Source: Macrostomum hystrix
Taxonomy: Eukaryota > Animalia > Platyhelminthes
NCBI GenBank assembly: GCA_950097015.1
Contig: CATNEN010000009.1
Coordinates: 992,001 to 1,056,000, forward strand
Length of the DNA stretch: 64,000 nucleotides
Direction: 5' to 3'
Position 1 is the stretch's first letter. Each line of letters begins with the position of its first letter. The notes beneath the pieces were generated by a model, which made no database searches, was not told the DNA's origin, and worked only from the letters and a program-made list of their open reading frames with translations. Of this stretch, positions 24,201-37,166 are shown piece after piece. A program made the position numbers and the translations under genes.

Positions 24201-26524
24201 CATCGGACAGATTTCGAGTCGGGTCCTTGGGCCGCTTCAGGTTCGGCTTGCCGTCCAGCATGTGGACCTCGTCGCGATCTCCAAAGCCGAAGATGGGATG
24301 GAAGCCGTTCTTCACGTCCTCCAGGAACTTGCAGTTCAGGGTGTGGCAGATCAGGTCCTTGTACAGCCGCTCGCGCACCTGCCCGCCCTTGGCCATCTCA
24401 ACCATCACCGTGTCGTTCTCGAATCTAGAATATTAGGATGGCCTGGTCTTCATCAGCTACTGCTAGTAATACTCACTGCTTCAAAGTAGCTTAGTGCTTA
24501 GAGCTTTGGAACACTGACCAAAAGGTCGGGAGATCGAATCTCAACCCCAAGGGAAGTAGTTTGAACTTGCCTCTCCAGCATCTGGTCCAGCTGCTCCCGC
24601 ATGGCCTTGTGATCCAGAGTTGGTGGCAGGTGGCTGATGTAGGCCCTGGCAGCGAACACGTCCAGCTTGGGCACCACGAACACAGCCGGGTGGCGGTACA
24701 GGTGCCACCAGGTGTGCCGCTGACAGGGATCCTGGTGCAGGCAGCCGCGGATAAAGTCCTGCGTCTCCGGGCTGCTGACTTTGCGCAGCATCGCGTCGAT
24801 GCGGTCCTCCGAGTTGGGGATGAGATCGTCCTTGCGCTCCCAGACTGCCAGCTCCAGGGCGATGACACCCAGGGCGTAGATGTCCACGGCTGGCGTGATC
24901 TTGCAGGCCGCGTCGGCGTACTCAGGCGCCAGGTAGTGCTTGACCGTCACGAACTTGGACCGGTCCCGATTGGCCTTCGGATTCAACAGATCGTCCATGG
25001 CCATTGTGCCCACCTGACAGGTAAATTGTGGCGCGAATTTACTGTGAACGTTCGTGGTTAGATTTACTTGACACCTGAATCCTCAGGTCTTCAAAATCTC
25101 AGGTAAGATTTACTTGACACCTGAACCCTCAGGGCCTCAAAATCTCAGGTAAGATTTACTTGACACCTGAACCCTCAGGGCCTCAAAATCTCAGGTAAGA
25201 TTTACTTGACACCTGAACCCTCAGGGCCTCAAAATCTCAGGCAAGATTTACTTGACACCTGAACCCTCAGGGCTTCAAAATCTCAGGTAAGATTTACTTG
25301 ACACCTGAACCCTCAGGGTTTAGAACCAGTTTGCTGTAAACTAAATGAATCATCTAAATGACTTCCTGATGATTTCCTAGCTAAGCAGCAAACAATAAGA
25401 AATCAGAAGTCCTTGACCGTACCTTAAGGTTGCCGCTCTTCTGCTGGTAGTGGATGGTCTCGCTGGTGAGGTTGCCGTGGGTCAGGCCGAGCTCCAGGAA
25501 GAACTTCAGCACGGACAGCAGGTTGGCCATGCAGCGCTGCCAAATTGTGCGGCTTCGGTTGGTGTTGCTCATGAACTGCTTCAGGGTGCCCTCCTCGGTG
25601 CGCTCAGTGATGAGCACCAGCTTGGCGCCACGGTCCTCCAGCTCCGTGGTCCAGTAGTCCAGGTAGCGAACCATGTTGGGGTGGTGCTTTCGGTTCAGAC
25701 GCTTCATGGTGTTCGTGAACCGGTGCAGCAGCGCCTCGCTGGCTTGCTCCTCCTGCAGACAGGTGAAGGAGACAAGGTCATAGGGGACAGAAGAGGTGGA
25801 GGAGACAAGGTCATAGGGGACAGAAGAGGTGGAGGAGACAAGGTCATAGGGGACAGAAGAGGTGGAGGAGACAAGGTCATAGGGGACAGAAGAGGTGGAG
25901 GAGACAAGGTCATAGGGGACAGAAGAGGTGGTGGATACAAGGTCATAGGGGACAGAAGGGTGGAGGAGACAAGGTCATAGGGGACAGAAGAGGTGGAGGA
26001 GACAAGGTCATAGGGGACAGAGATAACCGAGATACAGATGGAGGAGAGACGAAGAAAAATAATCTATACTTTGCGGAGAGAACTTAAATACAGGTGGGAA
26101 AAGTGCTCACCTTGAGAATGATCTCATTCCAGATGACATCCTTGCCCACCCGCTGGTCGATAGCCAGGTAGGAGCCAGTGACACCCGGGGCGTGCCTAGG
26201 CAGCCGGTTGTTCCGCTTGGCCCAGCGCTCATTGTGTGACCGTTCGATGATCTTGTCGTCTTCGTCCTCCTCCTCCTCCTCGTCTTCGTCGTCTCGTTGA
26301 TCATCGTCGTCGTCCTCTTCAACAGGCGGTGGCGGCGGCGGGGGCAGCGGTGGCACCTCATGCGGCTCGGGTGCCATGGATGACTCTGGCACAGGTGCAG
26401 ATTCGGGTTCCGGCACAGCTGGCTGTGACGACCCAGCAGCAGCAGCATAGATCCCAGCACCTGCCGACTGAGAGGCTGTGGACACCATCTGCTGCTGCTG
26501 CCCAACACTAGATGGCTCAGCCAT
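21278..26524 (-). CDS. NRBP: NRBP/Madm-like pseudokinase with CCT-like domain and long Cys-rich C-terminal extension (8 exons, ~1155 aa)
   Basis: Exons 26524-26111, 25752-25423, 25013-24571, 24424-23887, 23319-22747, 22662-22076, 21889-21736 and 21706-21278 join in one frame. NRBP hallmarks: acidic N-terminal run, RWAKR...YLAIDQRVGKDVIWNEI, HPNMVRYLDYW, HGNLTSETI in place of HRD, VGTMA in place of DFG, and KFLEDVKNGFHPI. Exons 5-6 carry a segment aligning by eye with the NRBP C-terminal CCT-like domain. The first four exons are well supported; joining of the last four is less certain. Confidence 0.8.
25060..25318. repeat. 46-bp intronic minisatellite, ~5.6 copies
   Basis: Unit AGATTTACTTGACACCTGAACCCTCAGGGCCTCAAAATCTCAGGTA, in NRBP intron 2. 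Confidence 0.95.
25769..26020. repeat. 33-bp intronic minisatellite, ~7.5 copies
   Basis: Unit GAGACAAGGTCATAGGGGACAGAAGAGGTGGAG, in NRBP intron 1 next to the acceptor. Confidence 0.95.
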
Positions 26525-29394
26525 GTGCAAGTTGTTAAGTAGAAACAAGATAACAAGAACTGAGGATTGCTTTATCAGCTAATAATGTTTAGTGGTGACA
26601 AGCTGACAGCTGACAGCACAAATGGCAGGACCAATTATAGGTTTCAGTTTCTGGCTGCAAAGGATTGGGATTTGTATGATAGCGAATCTGATAGAAACAT
26701 AAAAATGTCCAAAGAAAAGAAATTGAATGAAAAGGGTTCCTTATAATAGTCTTGAAATTGAAATTCTTGAGTCTTGAAATTCCTTCTTGAAATTCAAGCT
26801 GATTTATTATTCACAAATCACACAGAGTTTGCCCAACCCCAAAATCTTCAATCACCATGTTTCACTTAGTGAGATATTCCTATAGGCTATATATTGGGGT
26901 ATCCACAAAGCCTTTGGCTTTTCCTAAGAAATACGATTAATTTTCAAAACTCACAAGTCTTCAATAATCTGATTGAAAATTGCTATAAATACAGTGAAGT
27001 TAGAAGGAAAAACAACCTTGTGGTAAAACAACCAAGTTCCAATACTATACTAATAAAGTGTTCCTTAGTTATTAATAAACATATGAATCCAAAGTTTATA
27101 AGATAAAAAAGAGAGATATTGAAAGTGATTACTGTATATTTGACATCATTTGTAATACTTTTTAGAAAGCCTAAATACTCAGAAACACATAGATGCAATA
27201 AAGTTCTTAATAAATAAGAACAACTGTCATCAGAGATCAGATATGAATGAAATCAGCAATTGAATTTACTATTGACATATTGTATTATGTATAGCTAAAT
27301 AGTATAAATAATATCTAAAAGCCCTTAGTAACCTTGAGTTGCCTTTTGTGATTTGTAAGTCTATGATGAATTGATGAAATAAAAAGAAAATAATAAAATT
27401 TTTATTAGTAAGATAGTACAATTATTTGTACTTAGTTTTATTATTAATGCTCAATAGGTTGCACTGAAGAGCTTAAAAAACTAACAGCTTTGTGAGCTTT
27501 CCCCACAAAATCACTATACATTCTATTCATACCGTACATACTCATTCAGAAAAAAAACTGAACAAGTGATACCAAAAGCAAAATGCGCTTGACTTAGATT
27601 TGAAATTTATTTCATAAACATTAATATGATAAGTTTCACCTTTAAGTGCGGGAATTTCGGCTTAGCTAGGCTAGTAGCTACTAACCAAAACAACCAGATA
27701 CGTGTGACGTGTGACGTGTGGTTCGAGGAAAAAATTATTATACCCGAATTCATATTATTGATAATTTTTTGCAAAAAAAAGTTACTTACTAAAACAAATA
27801 TGTATCAGAAAAAATCAGAAAAATTCTTTTTAGGTTTAATAAAAACAAGAAGCACTTTTTGCGTTTTTTATTCAACATTTTTACAAAAAATATTCAAGCA
27901 CAATGAAGCAAATTTAATCATTTTGCGCAAACAATAACTTTGGCACTCGTTATTAACACGGTACCGAGTAAACAATTTACGCATAATTTGCACGGAACAG
28001 TGTGTTTAGTGTGTATTGTACTTCTGTAAGTTATTTAGAATCATCTAAGTAGTTTATAGTTTTCTAATCATTCTCACGTCAATTTGAATTTTATGCGTGT
28101 ATATACTAAGCCTATAGCTATTGGTACTATTTATACTTTTAAAAGACCTAGTAGTGACAGCGACGTGACGATGATTAGAAGTAGACTTTAAGCCGCTTAG
28201 AGGATACAAAGGCTAAGCACAATCTTTGTGATATTAAGGCCTTGCACTTAATTTCTTAGCCAATTAGTCAGCCTAAACTTGACAAACTTACTGAACTGAC
28301 TAACGGTCCAATTGTAAATAACGAGTGCAAATAACTTGTAATTAATTTATTTGGTATCACTTTATAGTTTAACGAAGGAATACTAGATACAACGATGATT
28401 TCCTAAAACATTCTTGCGTTTAAAATTAGTTTACATTTCCTTTCTTGTGCGGCTCTAAAACCAAGCCTGCTATACACAGTTCAGATATTTGTGTATCTTT
28501 TACCTTCAATATTTCACTTATGATACCTCATTATATTCTGAAACTTAAAACTCTTTTGCCACTATCGTTCAAAGCTTTGCGCTGTCACATTATGCAGTGA
28601 TATCTCACTCTTCAGATTTTATTGCGTGCGCTGAAAGCATCTAGAGCTCGATCACGAGAAAAAAAGGAGTTGCATGCTAAATTAATCGTTGCGTCGTAAG
28701 GAAACATTATGCAAAGACCCATTCGTCTAATAAATTAATGCGGCTTGTTAAATTAGCGTTGATTTAACCCGGTTCCAGAGGTAGCTCTTGGGGGTTTCAC
28801 GGAAGCAATTAAGCTGGGGGGCTTTTCCGAGCCAATATCTCGCCTTAAGGATCTTCTATATCTGAGCTAAAGGGGCTGCAGCAAGTCGCACTTGGTTGGA
28901 TGAAAGCAAGACTGTAAGGGAAAACGGGGGTTTAAACACCCTGTGGATTCGCACTCGCGACTTCCGCAATGCGCGCTTGGCTAGCTTAATTCGATGATTA
29001 CTTAGGAGCGCATTTCCTGCTAAGTGGAGGCGAGTGCTGGCTGTTATGGCTTACAGAAGGTCATGCCCATGATAAGATACGCTGGACTCGATACAAAATT
29101 GAAGCTGAAAGGATGGCTGGGATGAGACAAGACTAAAAGCCTATATAAATCACGACAGAACGGATTCTAACAGCTAATTTCTTCGACGAAGGCACAAACA
29201 AGAAAATAGCTTTTATGTCACAAAGCTTTATAGCCAGATCGGCCCACGTCTTCTTGCAGCTTGCTGTCTCTTTCCTAAATGAGCTGCTATTTAAGACACA
29301 CTTAACAACAATGCAGTGCCGCTTTAATAGAAGCTGCGACTCTTGGAACCTGACTTTCAGCTGCTTAATGGTCAGGGAGCCCTCAATCGTTCCA

Positions 29395-32300
29395 TAGAAT
29401 CTGCATCAATATCCCAGCACACATTGATGTTCTGTATGAATACTGCATGTAGAATCTGCATCAATATCCCAGCACACATTGATGTTCTGTATGAATACTG
29501 CATGTAGAATCTGCATCAATATCCCAGCAAACATTGATGTTCTGTATGAATACTGCATGTAGAATCTGCATCAATATCCCAGCACACATTGATGTTCTGT
29601 ATGAATACTGCATGTAGAATCTGCATCAATATCCCAGCACACATTGATGTTCTGTATGAATACTGCATGTAGAATCTGCATCAATATCCCAGCAAACATT
29701 GATGTTCTGTATGAATACTGCATGTAGAATCTGCATCAATATCCCAGCAAACATTGATGTTCTGTATGAATACTGCATGTAGAATCTGCATCAATATCCC
29801 AGCAAACATTGATGTTCTGTATGAATACTGCATGTAGAATCTGCATCAATATCCCAGCAAACATTGATGTTCTGTATGAATACTGCATGTAGAATCTGCA
29901 TCAATATCCCAGCACACATTGATGTTCTGTATGAATACTGCATGTAGAATCTGCATCAATATCCCAGCAAACATTGGTGTTCTGTATGAATACTGCATGT
30001 AGAATCTGCATCAATATCCCAGCACACATTGATGTTCTGTATGAATACTGCATGTAGAATCTGCATCAATATCCCAGCAAACATTGATGTTCTGTATGAA
30101 TACTGCATGTAGAATCTGCATCAATATCCCAGCAAACATTGATGTTCTGTATGAATACTGCATGTAGAATCTGCATCAACATCCCAGCAAACATTGATGT
30201 TCTGTATGAATACTGCATGTAGAATCTGCATCAATATCCCAGCAAACATTGATGTTCTGTATGAATACTGCATGTAGAATCTGCATCAATATCCCAGCAC
30301 ACATTGATGTTCTGTATGAATACTGCATGTAGAATCTGCATCAATATCCCAGCACACATTGATGTTCTGTATGAATACTGCATGTAGAATCTGCATCAAT
30401 ATCCCAGCACACATTGATGTTCTGTATGAATACTGCATGTAGAATCTGCATCAATATCCCAGCAAACATTGATGTTCTGTATGAATACTGCATGTAGAAT
30501 CTGCATCAATATCCCAGCAAACATTGGTGTTCTGTATGAATACTGCATGTAGAATCTGCATCAATATCCCAGCACACATTGATGTTCTGTATGAATACTG
30601 CATGTAGAATCTGCATCAATATCCCAGCACACATTGATGTTCTGTATGAATACTGCATGTAGAATCTGCATCAATATCCCAGCAAACATTGATGTTCTGT
30701 ATGAATACTGCATGTAGAATCTGCATCAATATCCCAGCAAACATTGGTGTTCTGTATGAATACTGCATGTAGAATCTGCATCAATATCCCAGCACACATT
30801 GATGTTCTGTATGAATACTGCATGTAGAATCTGCATCAATATCCCAGCAAACATTGATGTTCTGTATGAATATTGCATGTAGAATCTGCATCAATATCCC
30901 AGCAAACATTGGTGTTCTGTATGAATACTGCATGTAGAATCTGCATCAATATCCCAGCACACATTGATGTTCTGTATGAATACTGCATGTAGAATCTGCA
31001 TCAATATCCCAGCAAACATTGATGTTCTGTATGAATACTGCATGTAGAATCTGCATCAATATCCCAGCACACATTGATGTTCTGTATGAATACTGCATGT
31101 AGAATCTGCATCAATATCCCAGCACACATTGATGTTCTGTATGAATACTGCATGTAGAATCTGCATCAATATCCCAGCAAACATTGATGTTCTGTATGAA
31201 TACTGCATGTAGAATCTGCATCAATATCCCAGCAAACATTGGTGTTCTGTATGAATACTGCATGTAGAATCTGCATCAATATCCCAGCACACATTGATGT
31301 TCTGTATGAATACTGCATGTAGAATCTGCATCAATATCCCAGCACACATTGATGTTCTGTATGAATACTGCATGTAGAATCTGCATCAATATCCCAGCAC
31401 ACATTGATGTTCTGTATGAATACTGCATGTAGAATCTGCATCAATATCCCAGCACACATTGATGTTCTGTATGAATACTGCATGTAGAATCTGCATCAAT
31501 ATCCCAGCAAACATTGGTGTTCTGTATGAATACTGCATGTAGAATCTGCATCAATATCCCAGCACACATTGATGTTCTGTATGAATACTGCATGTAGAAT
31601 CTGCATCAATATCCCAGCACACATTGATGTTCTGTATGAATACTGCATGTAGAATCTGCATCAATATCCCAGCACACATTGATGTTCTGTATGAATACTG
31701 CATGTAGAATCTGCATCAATATCCCAGCACACATTGATGTTCTGTATGAATACTGCATGTAGAATCTGCATCAATATCCCAGCAAACATTGATGTTCTGT
31801 ATGAATACTGCATGTAGAATCTGCATCAATATCCCAGCACACATTGATGTTCTGTATGAATACTGCATGTAGAATCTGCATCAACATCCCAGCAAACATT
31901 GATGTTCTGTATGAATACTGCATGTAGAATCTGCATCAACATCCCAGCAAACATTGATGTTCTGTATGAATACTGCATGTAGAATCTGCATCAATATCCC
32001 AGCACACATTGATGTTCTGTATGAATACTGCATGTAGAATCTGCATCAATATCCCAGCAAACATTGATGTTCTGTATGAATACTGCATGTAGAATCTGCA
32101 TCAACATCCCAGCAAACATTGATGTTCTGTATGAATACTGCATGTAGAATCTGCATCAATATCCCAGCAAACATTGATGTTCTGTATGAATACTGCATGT
32201 AGAATCTGCATCAACATCCCAGCAAACATTGATGTTCTGTATGAATACTGCATGTAGAATCTGCATCAATATCCCAGCAAACATTGGTGTTCTGTATGAA

Positions 32301-33028
32301 TATTGCATGTAGAATCTGCATCAATATCCCAGCAAACATTGATGTTCTGTATGAATACTGCATGTAGAATCTGCATCAATATCCCAGCAAACATTGATGT
32401 TCTGTATGAATATTGCATGTAGAATCTGCATCAATATCCCAGCAAACATTGATGTTCTGTATGAATAGTGCATGTAGAATCTGCATCAATATCCCAGCAA
32501 ACATTGATGTTCTGTATGAATACTGCATGTAGAATCTGCATCAATATCCCAGCACACATTGATGTTCTGTATGAATACTGCATGTAGAATCTGCATCAAT
32601 ATCCCAGCAAACATTGATGTTCTGTATGAATACTGCATGTAGAATCTGCATCAATATCCCAGCACACATTGATGTTCTGTATGAATACTGCATGTAGAAT
32701 CTGCATCAATATCCCAGCAAACATTGATGTTCTGTATGAATACTGCATGTAGAATCTGCATCAATATCCCAGCACACATTGATGTTCTGTATGAATACTG
32801 CATGTAGAATCTGCATCAATATCCCAGCACACATTGATGTTCTGTATGAATACTGCATGTAGAATCTGCATCAATATCCCAGCAAACATTGATGTTCTGT
32901 ATGAATACTGCATGTAGAATCTACATCAATATCCCAGCACACATTGATGTTCTGTATGAATACTGCATGTAGAATCTGCATCAATATCCCAGCACACATT
33001 GGTGTTCTGTATGAATATTGCATGTAGA
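29395..33028. repeat. Homogeneous 55-bp satellite, ~66 copies
   Basis: Unit TAGAATCTGCATCAATATCCCAGCA(C/A)ACATTGATGTTCTGTATGAATACTGCATG with few variable sites. Confidence 0.98.
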
Positions 33029-33075
33029 CGGCTTGCAATACTCCCCAACTATAGTTACTGACCCATAAATACATT

Positions 33076-33170
33076 TGCTCCTTGCTGGCTGCGGGTCTAC
33101 TGTCAACAAATGATGTGCCATTGCCCACAGCCCTCCTGCATGGCAATTATTTATATTATAATTATTATTA
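33076..33170 (+). mobile_element. 3' fragment of the SINE family
   Basis: GCTGGCTGCGGGTCTACTGTCAACAAATGATGTGCCATTGCCCACAGCCCTCCTGCA plus an ATT-rich tail matches the 3' end of the 51371 copy. Confidence 0.75.
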
Positions 33171-34013
33171 TGCTGAGCATTACAGGCAAAACAACACCTG
33201 GATCGACAGATAAGCGCACAGAGAAGCGGAGGGAGCTGCATTTGCTAACGAGTTTATTTGCGTATTGCGTAATTGAATTAAGATTTCGTGAATGATCTCA
33301 AAATGATTCGGGTCGCATGCAACCGTGGTCGCGCTGCCTAGCCATCAGCTCAGCCCGGCATCAGAAGGCCCCAGCCAACAGTGCGACATATACAGACAGA
33401 AACTGATAGCGAGCGAGGCATCTATTGGACAGCGGCTATTAAAAGAGGATCTATGCAATACACAAACAGATTAGCACACAGCTACTAGAGTAATATATAG
33501 TGGGACCAGAATAATGCAGGGTCCAGTGCCACAGATAATACAGCGCCAGAGGCTGTGACCAGAGGTCTAAAATTAGGAATGCCGATGCTTGCATAGGAGC
33601 GAATGAAAAAGAGACATTGTGCAACAGAAGAGGCGCTTCGTCAGAATATTCAAGGTACGAGTAGATAGCAACTAATAATTACGCCTCGAACGACATGAAT
33701 AAAGCCCTAACTGGGCATATTGAAATACACAAGAGTTACTCAAGCTCAGAAAATAGTAATAAAGTAAAATAAAAAGGTTGTAGTTTATGATTTGCAAACA
33801 GTTTGTCCTGGGGACAAGGCGTGCAAATAGGACTAAAAATTGTGATAAGCATTGCTCGCTAAAGTCTGCAAGAGTAAGTGTGCCTGCATGAATCCCATGA
33901 ACAAAATAATCGTGAGATCCAAAGGCTAGGACTCAACATCAAGCAGCGACGTGTAAAACCGCTACCCAGTTCCGCAGAAATACGGGCCATCTCGTACCAA
34001 CCGCAGCAGAAGT

Positions 34014-37000
34014 TCAGGGTTGCTTAGGGACCAGGTAAGTCCCGTCGTCCTGCTCCACAACCCGGTAGCCGTCTAGGAACCGGCGGTAAGTAACTGAAGT
34101 GGTGGTCGGCCTGCGAATCGAGATCATGACGTTCGGGTGCACCGGGTCAGCCGTGTACGCGTTCCACCTGCCACCGCCTGCTGACTGCGATTTGCCTCTG
34201 CCGATGACAGCAGAAAAGGCAGCACCGCCGGCGCACGGCTCCTTTTCAAACTCCTTCTCCTCCCCAGGTAAATTGCTGGCCGCAGCGATGTACTTGGACG
34301 GAATATTCAGGCACTCGGTCATTGTGTCCACCAAGTCGCGGAAGCTCGGTCGAGACTCCGGCTGAGGCAGCCAGCAGCTCAGCAGGATGTTGTAGAAGTC
34401 GATGCTGCAGATGTCGGGCTGGTTCAGTCGGATGCCCTTCTTCAGCAGTCCTGTGATGTCCTCGACCGATCGAATTCCGTACGGGTTGTAGGGCGACTCG
34501 CCGAACGTGCAGATCTCCCACAGAAGCACTCCGTAGCTCCACACATCCGACTTGTGGCTGAACAGTCCGGACTCGAAGCACTCCACGCCGAGCCACTTCA
34601 CTGGAAGGAGGCCCGCCGTCTGGACGAACTCGCCCTCCGACAGGTTCAGCAGGCGAGCCAGACCGAAGTCCGTGATGCGGACCTGATCCGGAGACTGAAG
34701 CAGCACGTTGCGAGCAGCCAGGTCGCGGTGGACAATGCCGAGAGACTCCAGGTACTCCATGCCCTCTGCCACCTGCAGGCCCCAACGCAGCATTCGCTCC
34801 GCTCCGATTTGGTTGTGGTGAGTTCGCAGGAACTCCAGCAGACAGCCTCGAGGCATCAGCGCCGTGATCAGCTGCGGCTCCTGGGTCAGGCACAGAGCCA
34901 CCAGCCGTATGCAGCACGGATGCTGCACTCTGGCCAGGACACTCGCCTCATTCAGCAGCTCCTGTCCCAGCTTCGGACTGTGACCGCGCAACACCTTGAT
35001 GGCCACAGGCAGCTCGCGCACTCCCTTGTTTGTGCTGGACCTCAGAATGCCCTTGTACACGGTGCCGAACGCGCCGCTGCCGATCTCCTTCTGCTTCACC
35101 ACATCGTCGTCGTTCACAATCAGCAGCTTCGCCATGTCGCTCGGATTGCTCGGATCCTTTAGGTACTCGTCCAGGTCGACCATCTCGTACTTTCGCATTC
35201 GCTTGCGGTAGTGCAGGTAGGCGAGCGGGAGCAGCAGCAGCAGCAGCAGAATCAGCAGGCCGACACCGATGCCGACAGCAAAGAGCCTCGCCGTCGCCAC
35301 AGAGTAGCAGAAGCCTCGAGAATCAGCAGCCATTTCACGGCTGCTGCAGGAGGCCACGCACTTGTCATCCTCCTTCAGGTTGCGGCATCGCTCGCACTCG
35401 GAAGCGCTCGGACCGCTGCAGCCGCCGTCGCACTCACTGTGGCACGGCAGACACGAGGAGCCTAGCTGATATCGGCCTGCATGCTTGCACGTGGCATGAC
35501 AGCGACCGTCCACCTCGAAGTTCCTGCAGGCCACGCACATGTCCGGTCCGGGTCCCCAGCACTCGTCTCTGCACTGAGGGTCGCAGGCAGCATTTCGGCA
35601 CACTTCGCTCGAGTTGTCGAAGCTGAGCTCTTTATCTTTCTCATTGGGCCAGTGCTCAGTTGAATTCTGCAGATTCTTGGTAAAATCGAATGGAAACCAG
35701 GGCAAGCAGAGGCCTCTTACGTTTCTCAATTTCAGGGCTGTAGTGTACCTAAGCGAAGCGAGGCCCAGGTGCGTGATTTTGCAGCTCTCAATAATGAGCT
35801 GACCTGAAAATTGTACCACATTCTTCAGAAAACGGAGGCTTCCAACGGATGAGGGAATTTTTTTAATCACAAAATTGTCCACCAGAACAACTCGAACTGA
35901 CTCGAGATTCCTCAGTGAGTCCAGCGACTCAAGCAGCTCTCCATTAATGCTGACGACCTGCTTAAACCTCAAGTCCGTTGGCGCCAGTGTGGAACAGTTG
36001 TTTAGGCTGTCGAGTGTCTGGTCAGAAAGCACTCTTTCAATGCCATCTTTGCATACCCGGCAGCTTTGACGCCCTCCAGCTACAGAGCAAGGAGTGCAGA
36101 CTCCATGTATAGGCATTTGACCTTCGGGACATTCGATTATGCAGTACTCGCGTCGAAAGTCCATCAGGAACTCTCTCGGGCACTTGTCGACGCAGACGTT
36201 ACCAGCCTGAAGCTGGGAGCCGTGCGACCGAGTGAGTCGGCCAACAGCTGCATCGTAGAAGGACTCATTGCGGCAGCTGTGCGAGCACCTTCCTCCCTGC
36301 AGTACGCTTTGACAGGAGTGGCACTCGCTAGGCTCAAGCGAGCGGCATCCCCCCAGGCAGCTGCTGTCGCAGCACTCCTCCTCGCCATCTGCCGTCCTAT
36401 AGCACGTGTTGGTGCGACAAACTCGCCTCTGGCACTTGGAGACGAACTGGCATTCGCTGCTGGACCAGCAGAGCCGCCGCCCATCCCTCAAGGGACAGAA
36501 GCTGCTGCACTCGGGTACACGATCGCATAGCCCGTCCAGGCTAGCCGGCTTGGAAAATGTGTCTGTGAGGTTGGTCAGGTAGGTGACTTCGTCTATCAGG
36601 CGCTGTTCGCCCGACTGGAAAGTTTCATTCCAGCTGATACGCCTGCTGAGCTGGCAGTACAGGTCCAGGTTCATGTGGCTCGTGAGCAGTACTCCGATTC
36701 CCTGGATGGAGCTGAGCTTCGGCATAAGTATTTGCATCTGCTGGAAGCAGTGACGGATTTCCAAGGCATAGAGAGGGTGAGCGGGCGTCTGTGCGTTCAC
36801 GAAGCCCCTGATGGCTCTGAGATTTTCCAGCTCAAGTCGCTTGAGGCCCAGACTAGTGATGACGACCCTGCCAGAGACCTCTAGAATGGAGTCAAGGAAG
36901 CTGGTATTCATCGCGTTGATCGCGCCGTCGATAATTTGTCCATTGCTGTCTGCGCCTAGGAACTGGATATGCAAGTCGCCGTACACAAACTGACAGCCGT

Positions 37001-37166
37001 CCACCTTGCGAGTTAAGATCTCGTGCAGATAGCTCACGTTCCTGTGCTGCTCATAATTGCCGTTTGTGATTCTCAGGCTCTTGCAGATCCTGGGCTCCGA
37101 GCAGCCGGGCTGGAACATCGCGCAGAAGAGCAGCTGCAGCAGCAAGGCAGCAGCAGCAAAGCTCAT
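34014..37166 (-). CDS. EGFR: EGFR/ErbB-family receptor tyrosine kinase, paralog A (1050 aa, intronless CDS)
   Basis: Signal peptide, L1 (GCQFVYGDLHI, LENLRAIRG), furin-like Cys-rich domain, L2, domain IV (CWGPGPDMCVAC), TM, and a kinase with GSGAFGTVYKG, VAIK, HRDLAARN, DFGLARLL and SDVWSYGV. Confidence 0.97.
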   Translation of the reverse strand: MSFAAAALLLQLLFCAMFQPGCSEPRICKSLRITNGNYEQHRNVSYLHEILTRKVDGCQFVYGDLHIQFLGADSNGQIIDGAINAMNTSFLDSILEVSGRVVITSLGLKRLELENLRAIRGFVNAQTPAHPLYALEIRHCFQQMQILMPKLSSIQGIGVLLTSHMNLDLYCQLSRRISWNETFQSGEQRLIDEVTYLTNLTDTFSKPASLDGLCDRVPECSSFCPLRDGRRLCWSSSECQFVSKCQRRVCRTNTCYRTADGEEECCDSSCLGGCRSLEPSECHSCQSVLQGGRCSHSCRNESFYDAAVGRLTRSHGSQLQAGNVCVDKCPREFLMDFRREYCIIECPEGQMPIHGVCTPCSVAGGRQSCRVCKDGIERVLSDQTLDSLNNCSTLAPTDLRFKQVVSINGELLESLDSLRNLESVRVVLVDNFVIKKIPSSVGSLRFLKNVVQFSGQLIIESCKITHLGLASLRYTTALKLRNVRGLCLPWFPFDFTKNLQNSTEHWPNEKDKELSFDNSSEVCRNAACDPQCRDECWGPGPDMCVACRNFEVDGRCHATCKHAGRYQLGSSCLPCHSECDGGCSGPSASECERCRNLKEDDKCVASCSSREMAADSRGFCYSVATARLFAVGIGVGLLILLLLLLLPLAYLHYRKRMRKYEMVDLDEYLKDPSNPSDMAKLLIVNDDDVVKQKEIGSGAFGTVYKGILRSSTNKGVRELPVAIKVLRGHSPKLGQELLNEASVLARVQHPCCIRLVALCLTQEPQLITALMPRGCLLEFLRTHHNQIGAERMLRWGLQVAEGMEYLESLGIVHRDLAARNVLLQSPDQVRITDFGLARLLNLSEGEFVQTAGLLPVKWLGVECFESGLFSHKSDVWSYGVLLWEICTFGESPYNPYGIRSVEDITGLLKKGIRLNQPDICSIDFYNILLSCWLPQPESRPSFRDLVDTMTECLNIPSKYIAAASNLPGEEKEFEKEPCAGGAAFSAVIGRGKSQSAGGGRWNAYTADPVHPNVMISIRRPTTTSVTYRRFLDGYRVVEQDDGTYLVPKQP

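Noticed and set aside
26700-28700. AT-rich stretch as a possible transposon or Helitron
   Set aside because: No paired TIRs, TSD or coding remnants could be identified by eye.
29215-29397. Short ORF after a TATA-like motif; minus-frame GTIEGSLTI resembling an L-domain start
   Set aside because: The similarity does not extend beyond a few residues.
29395-33028. CRISPR-like array (also the 31-, 47- and 48-bp arrays)
   Set aside because: The units are head-to-tail with no unique spacers, no cas genes are present, and the context is eukaryotic.
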